Origin: Callorhinchus milii
Lineage: Eukaryota
Assembly (NCBI RefSeq): GCF_018977255.1
Contig: NW_024704743.1
Span: forward strand, 59,894,001 to 59,958,000
DNA length: 64,000 bases
Direction: 5' to 3'
The notes beneath the pieces were generated by a model. That model did not search any database and had not been told where the DNA came from. It was given only the letters and a program-made list of their open reading frames with translations. This document shows positions 50,396 through 63,673 of the stretch, in pieces (position 1 is the stretch's first letter; every line of letters starts with the position of its first letter). The position numbers and the translations under genes were made by a program.

Positions 50396-51187
50396 CGAAA
50401 GAGAGAGAGAGAGAGAGGATAGACATTCGCGTTATCCATAAACCAATTAAAGAGGTTTCTTATATCGATTCCCTGTGAGTGTGCCAAACTTTAAAAGAAC
50501 AAAAAAGAGATCAGCCAACACAAATTGCTGCCTTAAGTGTGTGTAGTTGTTACACATTTTGTTTAAATATGCAAAGCTCCTTTCTGCTTTCAATAAATGA
50601 CTCATGCGTGAATTTTAAAAAGAAAAAAAGACTTTTGTGCAGATATTAAATTGAGAGATCATTTAAAAGCGTAAATGGAAAATGGTGCGAAAAAAAACCT
50701 ATCAGGAGTAGATTAGTTCTCATCATTAAGGAATACATACAAATCTTAATGGGTAGAATTTTGTATACACTTTTTAAAAAATTGACTGACGCAGATTTCA
50801 GAGTTATTTAATGCTCTTTGTATTAATGTGCATCCAGACACCCCCCCTCCTCACCCGAAAACATTAGTCAAATTATCAACCAGTTTGAGGCTTATTGTAT
50901 AAATACATGCAGTATTAATACAGCTCCATATGACATAGGGGAAATGCTTGCACCTGTATTTTAACACAGTGAACAGAAAATAATGAGAATGGTATAATAC
51001 CGACCCATTTCCTTACAAAGCTGCTTATCTGCCAGTGCAGAGGACTCTTTAATAAATACGCTTCCCTCTATGTAATACTGTATATCTGTTTGATTCTACG
51101 CATTTTTTAAACACATAAGAATCTGTCTTGAGAAATGCTGTAGACACAAATGTCAATGCTTTGAAAATGCATAGATTAATGTGACAA

Positions 51188-51337
<150 letters not shown>

Positions 51338-52203
51338 CATTCAAATGAAAAACTTAAATAATGCATTTTCCAATAAACCGCACAGTGTAAAAGTATGGGG
51401 ATATAGTTTATAAAAATGTTTCAGTTCGTTCAAGAAAATCATCTGATATCGTTTGCAGATTATGAATCAAATAGTGTCTGCATTGGCCTGAACGCGCTTT
51501 CGCCTTGAAACATAATCTTAACTTGCACTTGTCTGATAAATTGGCCGTCGATTTGCAAGGGTGAATGAATCCACGAGGCAATCTTCCGATAAAGTGGGAA
51601 TTACACACACTGTGCAATCCTGCAGCTATAGTGTAGAATGTATTGCTGAGCACAGTCCTCGGCCTCCTCACAATCCTCGCCTGTGCAAACCAACTTGGAG
51701 ATGCTATTTTGATGTCCTCGCGATAAGCATTAATGTTATTTGAATTTATGTTTTTATGAGACATTGGAAAGGAACCATATGGGAAATGTTCAATACTCTT
51801 TGTGGCAGCATATGTTTCACTTTCCCTCACCTCCTCAGCAAAGAACACACATTGTAACCTGTATCTATCAGTTTTGCGAATTCCAGGTTTCCATAGTGAA
51901 TGTGGCCGCATTAGAATTCAAAGTTAGTCTGCAGCCAAACTAGTGATCTGCACAAAACTAATAGGTCTCGACTGCGCTTTCACTTCAACGGAGTCCGAAT
52001 TACTCCTCTCGTCAATGTGCTGTCTTTCTTTTCGTGAAAAATAAGTGTCTTGCCCCCTCGTGTTTGGCCAGAGTGCTTTAAATTCACCACGGGCATGTAC
52101 AGCAGGCGGCGAAAATAATAGTAGAGCTTTGATTCGGGTTGGGCGGGGGACTGGACGCGTATTTGGTTGATCCTGGCTGGCGGGCTCTGCCTGCACGGCG
52201 CAC

Positions 52204-52557
52204 TGGCTGGGTGGGTGGGTGGGTGGGTGTTTGGGTGGGTGGCTGGGTTGGTGGGTGTTTGGGTGGGTGGCTGGGTTGGTGGGTGTTTGGGTGTGTGGGT
52301 GTTTGGGTGGGTGTGTGGGTGTTTGGGTGGGTGGCTGGGTGTTTGGGTGGGTGTGTGGGTGTTTGGGTGGGTGGCTGGGTGGGTGGGTGTGTGGGTGTTT
52401 GGGTGGGTGTGTGGGTGTTTGGGTGTGTGGGTGTTTGGGTGGGTGGGTGGGTGTTTGGGTGGGTGGCTGGGTGTTTGGGTGGGTGGCTGGGTGGGTGGGT
52501 GGGTGTTTGGGTGGGTGTGTGGGTGTTTGGGTGGGTGGCTGGGTGGGTGGGTGGGTG
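52204..52557 (+). repeat. G-rich degenerate minisatellite (GGGTGTTTGGGTGGGTGGCT / ...GTGT units)
   Basis: About 350 bp of GGGT-based units. Source of several spurious low-complexity ORFs. Confidence 0.95.
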
Positions 52558-53426
52558 AAGTGAGGTGAGGTGAGCTCGCCGCTGGGTGACATTGGACAGT
52601 GTTGGGAAAGTGTAACGGACCCCGCACATCCCCCGAGTATTTCATACCCCCCCCCCCCCACCACCACCACCAAACCCCCTCCGCCATCCCCCGCTTTGGG
52701 GTCGTTTATCCATCTGGAATACTTTCACCACCTCTCAGCTCTGTCCCTGCAATGTCTGTCGGTCCCGGGGCTGATTTTTCGGTCTGTACCGGTCATTGAT
52801 ATACAATTGTCCTAAAATGACAAAGTCGGCTAAATCGGATGACAGACGGATAAACCGCGTGGCGTCTGTGTAAGACAGGGGGAGAATAATGCTGGACGTA
52901 CATTGTTTAGGATTTAGATATTCACCAATTTCGCGCACACAAATGCATTTTGTTGGATACATTTTGGAAGGGCGCAAAAAGCGGAAGTTGTGTGTGTAAC
53001 GACCACCAGACTGTCTGCCGAAGCCAGAACAAGGCTCAATCTGTCGTTTCATTTCACCTAGTGGAAAGCAGTTAGTTCAAGTCCAGCATGTTATCTGCCC
53101 TTTATCGCCTTAACATAAAGATTTTTTTTAAGGCAAAAGATTATTTAATATAACTGGCTAAATTGGCCTCTTGTTACAACCCAGACAGTTAAAATTACAA
53201 ACATCTACAGTCAACCTCACAGCGCGTGAAATATTCACTGTAGTTTGTAAAAGCTTGAGATAAAACACGGAACCTGTCATCTCAGTTACATTCCGAATAT
53301 AAACCACACAATGCGAAATATATCCACCAAACACGATAACCGTATTCTCACGATTATTATCCTGGTTGACTTTTTTTTACTACAATTGTGTTTACAGCAT
53401 TGACTGTTGGAATAACAGTACAAGGA

Positions 53427-53483
53427 ATCAATCAATCAATCAACCAATCACTCATCAATCAATCAATCAATCAACCAATCAAT
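53427..53483. repeat. (ATCA)n microsatellite
   Basis: Directly visible. Confidence 0.9.
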
Positions 53484-54299
53484 AAAAAAATAAATAATGA
53501 ATGGCACATGACCTTATTTTTAATACTTATTTGCGCATTTTCCTAAGTATAGTGATTGTTAAATTCCTCATCTGTCACGCTCCTTGCATTATAAATTGCC
53601 TACCGCATAAAACATGCATCTCACATGTACCTGTATCTCTCTACAAGGTATATAGATATGAGATCGTGGAGATAGCCTTGAAACTGTCGCCTCCGAAATG
53701 CTATTACGAGATGCTCCCTATTTTCTAGGGTTGTCTGCAGCCAGATATGTGCAATGACTGTGCCTCGGGCATAACAGACCAAATTGGATCGTGTTTGTGG
53801 TTTCCAGAAACTGAGCTCACTTTTATCAGAAATATTCCCCCACCCCCCCCCCCCCCCCACCCGTTGAACCGACGGATCTCACTCCTTATTCCTCTAAGCA
53901 GAAAGTAGCTGCACCTACGAACTATCGACGTCAAGAAAGAAGCTCACAAAATCGAAGGCTTCTCTGTGCTCTGCAGAAATGGTTGCAGAAAATATGCTGT
54001 AGTTCTTACGCGTTCATAACCAACACCTTAAAAAAGATGCATAAACACCCGATAGTGACTAAATATCTAGTCTATATAATAGCATACGGAGAAGTCCAAA
54101 GAAAAATGCAAATTTTTTTTAAAAATAAAGTGTGCATAAAAACATACCTGAAACGGCCGCTCGAAGTACCTCATATACCGTTCCAATAGAGATCACTGCC
54201 AACACGGTGTATAAGTGATTGGGAAATCTTTTTTTGCTGTGTATCAGGGCAGAAGCTTTAGCTCCTCCGGTTGAGTGAGCATATCCAGGTGTGAAATTA

Positions 54300-54800
54300 T
54301 TTGTACACCCCGCCATCTCTTATATTGCCAGCAAAATTAGCTGTTATTACCGCCAGTGTTTAGCGATGGTTAGGTTGATAAAACTGCAGTAATCAAGAAC
54401 CGGCGCATCTTTGCAAATTATAGGTAATTGGAAATGTCCAGATTATGATAATAGCATCTTAATCCAGACTGGGGATAATTACTCCCAGTATTACATCGCT
54501 GCAACTGTCCAGTTGGGCTAATTTCGCCATTATTTGTACAGAGCAGATGGCTGCTGAGTGGAAAATTCGCAATGTTAATTCTAAGGGCGCTCAGCGGGTG
54601 AAATTGTAGTAGCAAGGCAGAAATAAACATGAAACGTGAATGAAATGCACCAGTGTAATCCATGTAGCGGCAGAGAAGTGCGAGTTCACGGTGTCGGATA
54701 ATACCAGTGAGCTGGGACATGCCCTAATCATAGTGATAACAATTGCATTTGTTTGAATTAATAATATGTTTGGAAGGCTGTGTTGAAATGGGCACATCTC
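54300..54800. promoter_or_regulatory. Probable Dlx5/6 intergenic enhancer I56ii (eii)
   Basis: Non-repetitive block dense in TAAT/ATTA (CAGCAAAATTAGCTGTTATTAC...GGCGCATCTTTGCAAATTATAGGTAATTGG...GGGGATAATTACTCCC), lying between I56i and Dlx5 where I56ii is expected. Resembles my recollection of I56ii. Confidence 0.62.
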
Positions 54801-56874
54801 TTTGTCATTGCGGTTCCCAGAGCAGAAGCCATACGCAGTAATCTGGAGAGAAGCTCGTGTTGAACAGTACAGTATTAGAATTAAGGAATATGTACAGCAC
54901 TATATTGCCTCGGGGACATTTATATGTTCACTTTAACAGGGCGTAGAATTGAATAATTTTCCACAATGCAAAAGACTGAAATGCAATTCTCACTAAAACT
55001 AAAATTTATTCGCAATTCTTGAACTTCAGAAATTCTTGCAACGCGAGATCCACGTGAGAGACTGACTGACCTTTTATGTTTAATGCGGGGCCTGTTGGAT
55101 TTGTTTTGGAAGCTGCTAGTCTGAATGCACTGCGCCTTTCATATGCTTTGCGGAAAGATGGGGGGCCATTTGTCCCAATGCTCAATATTCTGTGTGGACG
55201 GTCAATGTACTGTGAACAGTGGAGTATGTTATTATTGTATTATGACTTTGACGCAGTCTTGGTGTCAGAATCTCTCCCTCTAAGATTTTAGACACCGACC
55301 TTCCCGCAGCACACAATTCTCACTGATAAATCCGCCGTTTAAGGACCGTATTTGAGTACTGTGGGCAAAACTCTGGTTTTAAAAATCCCATGTCTACTCA
55401 ACGTTTTTTAAAAAAATAAGCTTTGGTATCTCAAGGTGTTGTTTAGCGGTGAGGGGCTGCGGAGAGGTGGAGGGGTGGGTGGGGGGGGGGCATTGGAGAA
55501 TGATAGACAAAGAGAAAGGCGGTGAGGTGGCAGAGGGAAAGTGGAAGCAAAGATGAAGTAAAACAGATATGAATGGAAGGAAAAGGGGGAATAATAAACG
55601 GAATTCAGCGCTTGTTGGAGAATTTAGCAATTTGGTATTCTTTCTCCACAAGGAGTTAAGGGTATAATGAATCAATTGCTCGTATCTCTGAGCTCTTCTT
55701 TTCCGTGTACTGTAGTGGCACTTCAACGCGTGTATTGTTGATCATTTTATTTGCCACAGGTATTAACAATCATTTTCAACTCTTATTTCACAGAGAAGCT
55801 AGTTATAATTACAGGCATATTGGTTTAAAGAGGTAGCTGGGGGGCAAATAATCCCCTGCATACCATTTCATGGTTTAATTCTCAAAAAAGAAATTTGCCA
55901 GCCGCAAATGTGCAATACCTTTCATATAGGACATGCTTTTCACAGTCAATGTACCCATTTTGTGGATAATGCTTGGAAAGCAATATGAAATCAATGCGCC
56001 GCCCCCACCCCAACGATTTGCTAAGTGGAGACTTTGGCCATGAGTGGGTTAATGTTGCCCAGTCTTTTATCGCTACTCTTTGCTTATTCTGCCCCACTGC
56101 TTCCGTACATTTGTTGTCAGTGTTTAATGAAATATGACCAAAGTTATTAGATGGATCTGCGCGCCCCAGAATGTGCAAAAACGCTGTAATTCTTAAGTAC
56201 TTAAGCCTTGCAATTCATACAGATCTCGGTTTAAGGGCTGTTGTCTATTGTATCAAGTTACAGGGAAACGGGGTTTCGATTTGACATGCAACTTGACAAT
56301 TAAAAAGGGGGTTCTGGTATGACAGCTTTAATGCCTCAATTGCTGAACGGATTGAATAACGTCAACAAGTAGAATATTACCCGTGGCTTTTTTTTTAAAG
56401 CAACTGCATAGTAGTAAACGATGAGCCAAATTATTTCCAATTTCACTGGTTTGGGAACCAGTAAATAGTCTATAACCTAATACACGGCAGTGTTGTTTCG
56501 GTGTCACTTGATTGCGTTACGTGTGCCTGATTTCACAGCAGTTTTATTTGTGTATTTGGATCGGATTTTAAAGACGACGAAAGTATTGTTACATAGAAAA
56601 ATATGTTTTCTGAAAAGAAAAGGTTCTGTGGCACTTTGCCCCTGTGTTTTCCAGTGTAACTAAAAACAGTCTTAATCCCAAATCGGATTTGTCTCCTCAG
56701 AAAATGCATATTTTCAATTGTTGAATTTACCTAAAACAATGTTAACAGTTAAACTGAATTCGAAACGCGAGTAAGTAAGAAATATTTTGACGTGCGCGCA
56801 TAACAGAGCCTTACGTAATTTTGGCACACTTTTGTGATACGTATTTACAGCCACTTTTTTTAAAAAAAAGAAAG

Positions 56875-56953
56875 TAGGAGCGTTCATGTGGACGTCCTCC
56901 CGACGTGAAAGGCGCTATACAAATCGTGCATGTTGTTGTGGTGGTGGTGGTGG
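56875..56953 (+). mobile_element. L2/SINE tail-only insertion in the Dlx5/6 intergenic region
   Basis: GGACGTCCTCCCGACGTGAAAGGCGCTATACAAAT followed by (GTT/GTG)n. Confidence 0.7.
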
Positions 56954-59526
56954 TTCTGTGTGTGTATGTGTGCGTGTGTGTCATATGTGTTTTGTGTATG
57001 TGTGGCATATGCACAGTTTCAGACCTTGGAGTTGCAGTATATGTTTGCGTGAGGAGTGGTTGCGTTCTTTATGTGTGTGTGTGGATTGTATTTGCATTGA
57101 TGTCGTGGGGTGTACTTGTGCCTCTCTCCCTCCCTCCCGCCTCCCTGCCATCTCTGCTCTGCCTGTCTGCACGATTGGCGGACGGAGCTCAACGTGTTAT
57201 TTTTAGATTTTTTTTTCTCTGCTGCAGCAGAATGCATCTGTGTGTATGTTGAGGTGGGCTCTGGCCGGGAATGGTCCGGCTCTGGAGCCGGGCTGCCCCT
57301 CCCCCCCCCCACCCCACCCCCACACCCCCCACAGGAATGCGGCTCTCTGTGATCTCGGCGGCCGCCCCCTTGGATCCTTTCTGCCACTCAAAGCTGCTAA
57401 TTGTGGGCAACACAAAGAGCGAGAGAGTCTGCGGTGAGGCTGCCAGCCAGACACCGGGAGAGCCAGCTACCAGAAACCCCAACACAGCCAAGCCCAGCCC
57501 CGTCCCACCGAGAAGACTCAAATGCACCCCCTCCCCCCCCCCACCCCGGACTGGGTGAAGCCCTTTTGCAAGCTTTTTCCTGTAGAGTCAGACGGGAAAG
57601 CGTTTGAGATAGGTACGCGATTGCTCACGTTTAAGCCTCCAATTCACACCCCCTCTGCTTTACAACGCTGCCCCGCGGTTACCAATCCTGGAGCGATGTT
57701 CACCAATTTTATTGTGCAATCATTTAACTTCAGTTGGCCCGCAGCTGGATCTCGCCATATGTATTGTGGCACTTTACCGGATCCGATCTTTTGCTTGTTA
57801 CCGTAAATCAAATGTCATCCTCGACAAACAGGAACCTACCCAGATATCAGGTATCATTTCCCATGTGCGCTGACATGGCAACGTATTAGGTAATTCACAT
57901 AGATACAGTCAGTCACAATATTCAGTACACACGATTAATATAGTTTCGCTGTAAGTTTGGTTAACGTTAATCAGAATAAGCACTGCACTAATAACTGCTT
58001 GTAATGAGACTACACTGCAATACATTTATACAAGTCTCATTGGTAGTAAAATGTCTGCAACATCCGCTTTACAATTTACGAAGCAAACTTGAGCAATTGC
58101 ACATAGACTCGGTTGCTTATTTGCCTGGATTCTGACCCACGGTAATTGCAACGTGCATCTGGTTCACGGAGAAAGTCAGCAGAGACCAATATTGCGAAGG
58201 CGAACTCCCAGTCTGTACATTTCCCCCAGTAATCACCCCACTACATGCACGCTGCTTGTTATTTTACTGTTTTACACTTGTTTAAATAGCTTGTCGTTCG
58301 GTGCGTTCAGGGGTGCTGGGATAACATTGAACATTCTTCCAGACATGTCTCTGCATTTGTACAACTTCAGCGAAGCGTATGTAATAAACATGAAGGATGT
58401 GGACGATTATACGGAACAAAGAGTCAATTGCATCAAATCCGCCCGGATCAGTGCCAAATAAAATAGCAATCTTCAATTTTAATAAAACATTCCAGTTATT
58501 AAAAAAAATCGGTTGTGCTTACAATAAATAGTTTGTATTACTTTTTTTTGTTTTACTGACTGAAACGTGAATAGATTAGCGACACAAAGGTTGCCATTCA
58601 ATTGTACGTTATACAAATCGTGACCAATAAGCTATCAAAGGTAAGCCCTCAACCACCACCGCAGTTCCAGGTCAGGTTTTCCCCCAAAAGGATGCAGCAA
58701 AACAAAGCGTTATTAATTTTCCGACAAATATATATATCTCATCTTCGGAATCATCAGACCAAGGCGCATTGACCTCCCATATCTGGTCAATTAACTGCTT
58801 TCCCTTCAATGCGTTATCTCTGATAGACGTGGAGCCTGTTCAGAGACAGAGAGAAAAAATACCTTCCGCGAAATGGATGTAATATCTACTTACATATCAC
58901 CACTACTTTACTCATCATGCAGCACGCATTGCAAATCCTCACAAGTGATTCTATCTCGTGTTACTTCTTGACAATACCAATGGAAATCGGCTTTTGTGTG
59001 TAACATTCATTCGGTTTCTATCAGATCGCCCTCCAACTTCCAGCATACTTCAGAAAACGCCGGTTTAAGTAAGGCGAACCAGACGTTGTATTACTGTTTG
59101 AAAAAAATAGAAATGTATTTTCACGTTTAAAATAAAAGCACATAAATGAACAACCTTAATAACAAAAGGCTCTGAGAAAAGAGACGCACTATGCACTTTT
59201 GCCCTTGTAATTCTTGCAGTGGAGTGGATCGCTGGATGTTCTTGTTCGGGAACTTTCATTTTATTTTGCCCTAAGGCATATTTGTCTTCCATGTTCATGC
59301 AAATATCACTAAAACTAGTAATTGTTCGGTCAAACACGGCAATAAATCCAGCCTCAGTTGAATTCATTCACAGCTTTTTTGCTTTTTTTAAAATCTAGGA
59401 AAACAAATGAAAAACTTCTGTCCCTAAATACAGTGTTGGCTAAAATTGTTTATGAAGAAGTTAACTTGATCACGTAAATTGTCATCTGCAACAATATCCA
59501 GTTACCAAGAGTTCCAGTTAGTCCGA

Positions 59527-59821
59527 TTTATTGTATCAACTTTTTTTAAAAAAAACAGTCTTTTTGGCTTGGATTTTAATAAATACTGCGATTTCTTTGT
59601 TGCAAATACAAAACATATAAAACAATACTCTATGACGTCCATTTGTTTGTATCAAATTCGTCCACACATCGCTGATGTGTCATAGCAAACTATAAAATAT
59701 TACGCAAACCCTATATTAAATTTAAGAGCACGGAGATGGCATACGTTCAGTTAAATGGTAACACAATGTTATCAAATAAAATATCGACAACTGTTTTGTC
59801 CGAAGTGTCAATAATTTTATT
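59527..59821 (-). terminator. Candidate Dlx5 polyadenylation signals
   Basis: AATAAA on the - strand at 59816-59821 and 59527-59532, downstream of the stop at 60146. Confidence 0.45.
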
Positions 59822-60145
59822 TAAACAGAATATACAGTTTAATCCCACTATCTACACGTATGTACAGTGATACATGTTACTGAAAAGTCCTGCAAAGTTG
59901 GAGGTGGTAGCTTATAAGTGAAAGGCACCTTTTTACAAGTGTCCAAGTTTGCCCTGACGTCCATTGGGGGGGGAAAAAAAGATCCTTTTCTCTCTTTGAA
60001 ATGTATTGAGCTGCACGCACAGTGTATGCAAGATCAGACTCTCTGCCTTCTCATTCCCCCACTGAACAAGATGTGCATTTGTTGCATATTTCCACTGCTT
60101 GCTGGTGCAATTCAGCCCATTTAGGAACATTTTTTTTAAAAAAAG

Positions 60146-60460
60146 TTAATAAATAGTCCCGGATCCCAGAGCGAGTGGATGGTGTAGTGAGCTTGTAGAT
60201 TGCAGATGGGAATTGATGGAACTGGGATTGGAATACCAGGAGCTGGCGTTTTCTAGGTAGGCTGCGGTAGATGGAGTGTGGTTGGGGGTCTGATGAACGT
60301 GAATACCTCTGGAAACGTTGTGAGATTCCCAAACAGCAGGGGATTGGGGAGAGTTGCAGGCCATGGGGTCACTGGAGCTCGGGCTGTGCTCTGGAGGAAT
60401 CTCTCCGCTCTTTATGATCTTCTTAATCTTCGATCTTCGGTTCTGGAACCAGATTTTAAC
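60146..60460 (-). CDS. DLX5: Dlx5 coding exon 3 (helix 3 and C-terminus)
   Basis: Acceptor (CT)n...tgtatctcag. Encodes [45 protein letters not shown]...[11 protein letters not shown], stop TAA. Confidence 0.97.
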   Translation of the reverse strand, partial: VKIWFQNRRSKIKKIIKSGEIPPEHSPSSSDPMACNSPQSPAVWESHNVSRGIHVHQTPNHTPSTAAYLENASSWYSNPSSINSHLQSTSSLHHPLALGSGTIY

Positions 60461-61674
60461 CTGAGATACAGCGAGAGAGAAAGAGAGAAGGAGAGAGAGG
60501 GAGAGAGAGAGAGAGAGAGAGAGAAACAATCGGTCAACTTTAATAAGTAATATAAAACAGCTGCAACTCGGGGTCATGGCATCGACATAGATTTTTGTAG
60601 TATTGTATTTTTTTAAATAGCTAATATTAAAACCACTCTAAAAATCACAGCACAGCGAAATGGCAAAGGAGATGGTCGCTTAAGAATTGCAGAGCGAGCC
60701 CATAAATCAATCTGCAGGGTTTTGTCGACTTGCTTTGATAAATGGATCTGTTTATCCCATTCCCGATGTGCTTTTTACTTCGGCCGTTTTGTTTGGAAAT
60801 AAACTGGACCGCGATGAGTGACTTTTATTCAGATATTCAATTAAATAGTAGTTTGAAATAAACAAGCAACCTGGAATAATTAACAGCAAGTATTTCTAAA
60901 AGCCAAAAAAGCCCCCAAATTAAATGCATTGCAATGTATTTTTTAATGCAATATAAATAGTAGCGTGACAAAACGTCGATGCTGTCCCGGGCGATTTTCT
61001 TTTGAGAGGAAAAATATCTCGTTACAGAAGCTTGATTTTAATATTTGGGGGAATGATTAAATAGTTAATATTGACTTTATTGTAATATGGTGCAGTCCCC
61101 ACCCCCTCGTAAATTGCCTTGAGATCCTCTAAACAGATTTTTTAAAAACTAATCGTAAAATTAAAAAAAAACACAATCGACATTCAAGGACGTTGGAAAA
61201 GAGGCAGAGAAGAGGTTTGCTCTGGTCACTCAGATGGAAGTGAAGACCGATCATATCAAAATCAGATGAACAAATTAATAGCCACGGGAATGGCGATGTT
61301 TGCAATAGACGGTTACACCGCACACACAGCAAACCGAAGAGAAACGGGGAAAACAGACAGCCTGCTGTTCGGGGCATTATTATTCACTTTTTTTTTGGAA
61401 AAAGTTCCTTATTTAGTCGTGGGTAAATATGTGGCTGCAGGATTAAATGAGGTTACAGCCTCCAAATCCAGTGTGAGTGAGATCTGTGCTGGCCGTCTGT
61501 TTGTATGTTTAGAGCCGCGCTCAGTGCTGTTGCGGAGACCCCTTCACTTTGGTGCGGTTTGCGATGGGATTTCGTGCTCTCTCTGCAGAAAGCTCTACTG
61601 ATCCGGTCAGACTGTGCGATTGGTAATGCCCCCACCCCACGCTATTGCTGCTAGTACTGGACGCATCCCATCGT

Positions 61675-61860
61675 TAATAATAATGATAATAATAATAATA
61701 AACCTTGCATGTGATATAGCGCATTATCACGTCGTTGAGGCGTCTCAAAGCGCTTCACAGAATATACTATAAAGTGAATTGACTGTATATTTTGCGGGCG
61801 AAACGCGGAAGCCAATTACACACTGCAGTGTCCCACAGACAGTGGCGGATTGAGTGACAT
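61675..61860 (-). mobile_element. SINE 3' half in Dlx5 intron 2
   Basis: (AAT)n CCTTGCATGTGATATAGCGC...AAAGCGCTTCACAGAA...GTGAATTGACTGTATATTTTG...GTGTCCCACAGACAG, same family as 27161-27380. Confidence 0.85.
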
Positions 61861-61895
61861 TATCATCATTATTATCATTATTATTATTATTACTA

Positions 61896-62630
<735 letters not shown>

Positions 62631-63339
62631 TTAACCAGAAACACGGGTTGCTGTCAGTTTACGCTCATGCGATGTCTTTCTGCTCGTAAACAAACTCTTC
62701 CCTTCCGTTCAATAAAACGCCCGCGATCGCAAATGTTCCCCTCTATCCAGGTTTTAATTTGTTTTTTTTCTTATTTAAAAGAGCGAACCCGTCGCTCTCC
62801 TCCAGCACTCTCACACGGCGTGGGGTGGGGGTGGGGGTGTGGGGTGGGGGGGTGGGGGGGAAGCGCAAGATGCAGAGTTTTGATGCTTTTAATTGTAATA
62901 CTTTGGAGGGGGAAATGAAACGCTTTCGGGCTTTTGAACCCAACAATTCAAAAAAAAAATACGGCAAAACTCGCGATCGCGGCCGCGCTATAGTTTGGGG
63001 GTCAAACGACTCTTTAAACGTGTTCCCCTCCAAGTTGTAGCCGTCGATCGGTGTCTCTGGTATATTGGGTTTCCAGCAGAATTTTGTCCCAAATGCCCCC
63101 ACACGGCATTGATGTGGATCACACAAAGCAAAATGGCCAAAACAGCGCAGTGTCAGAGGGGTGGGAGGTCCGGATGGGATTCGCTTCTCTCGCTACACGG
63201 GAGGGGGAAGGAAAGGGAAAATAGGGGTTTGGGAAGAGATGGCCCGTGACCACGTAATACGAAAGATGGCTTCACAACATAAAGTGTCCGTGTGCACGGC
63301 GGTGGGGGTGGGGGTGGGGATGGGGGGGAGGCGCCTTAC

Positions 63340-63673
63340 CTGGCTGGCTGCAGGGCGGCTGAGCCCTGTTGTAAGCGCCGTACTGGTGGTAATGGCTAGG
63401 GTAGCTGTATTCAGGGTAAGCCTTGGCAGAGTAATTGGCCGCAGATCCGTTCACTCCGTGGTACTGGTACTGATAGGGGTTCAGAGCTTTGCCGTAAGTC
63501 GAAGGCGAGCAGTAGCCGTGGTGGGAAGCAGCCGAGCTGTAGTATCCCGTGTCCGTGGCTGTGGACTCGGGGAGAGTGGGAGACTCCTGGGACGGGTGGT
63601 GCATACTGTGCTGAAAAGCGCCCTGGATGTCTGTCCGGATGCTGGGGACCTTGCGATCGAATACTCCTGTCAT
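63340..63673 (-). CDS. DLX5: Dlx5 coding exon 1 (CDS join complement 63673..63340,62377..62193,60460..60146; 277 aa)
   Basis: [13 protein letters not shown]...[23 protein letters not shown] is the Dlx5 N-terminus, including the Dlx2/3/5 SPTLPES motif. Donor G|GTAAGG (phase 1). Confidence 0.97.

Noticed and set aside
51924..52687. Long ORFs (up to 249 aa) rich in HPPTQ or GWV
   Set aside because: Translations of the GGGT minisatellite, open in all six frames, with no domain.
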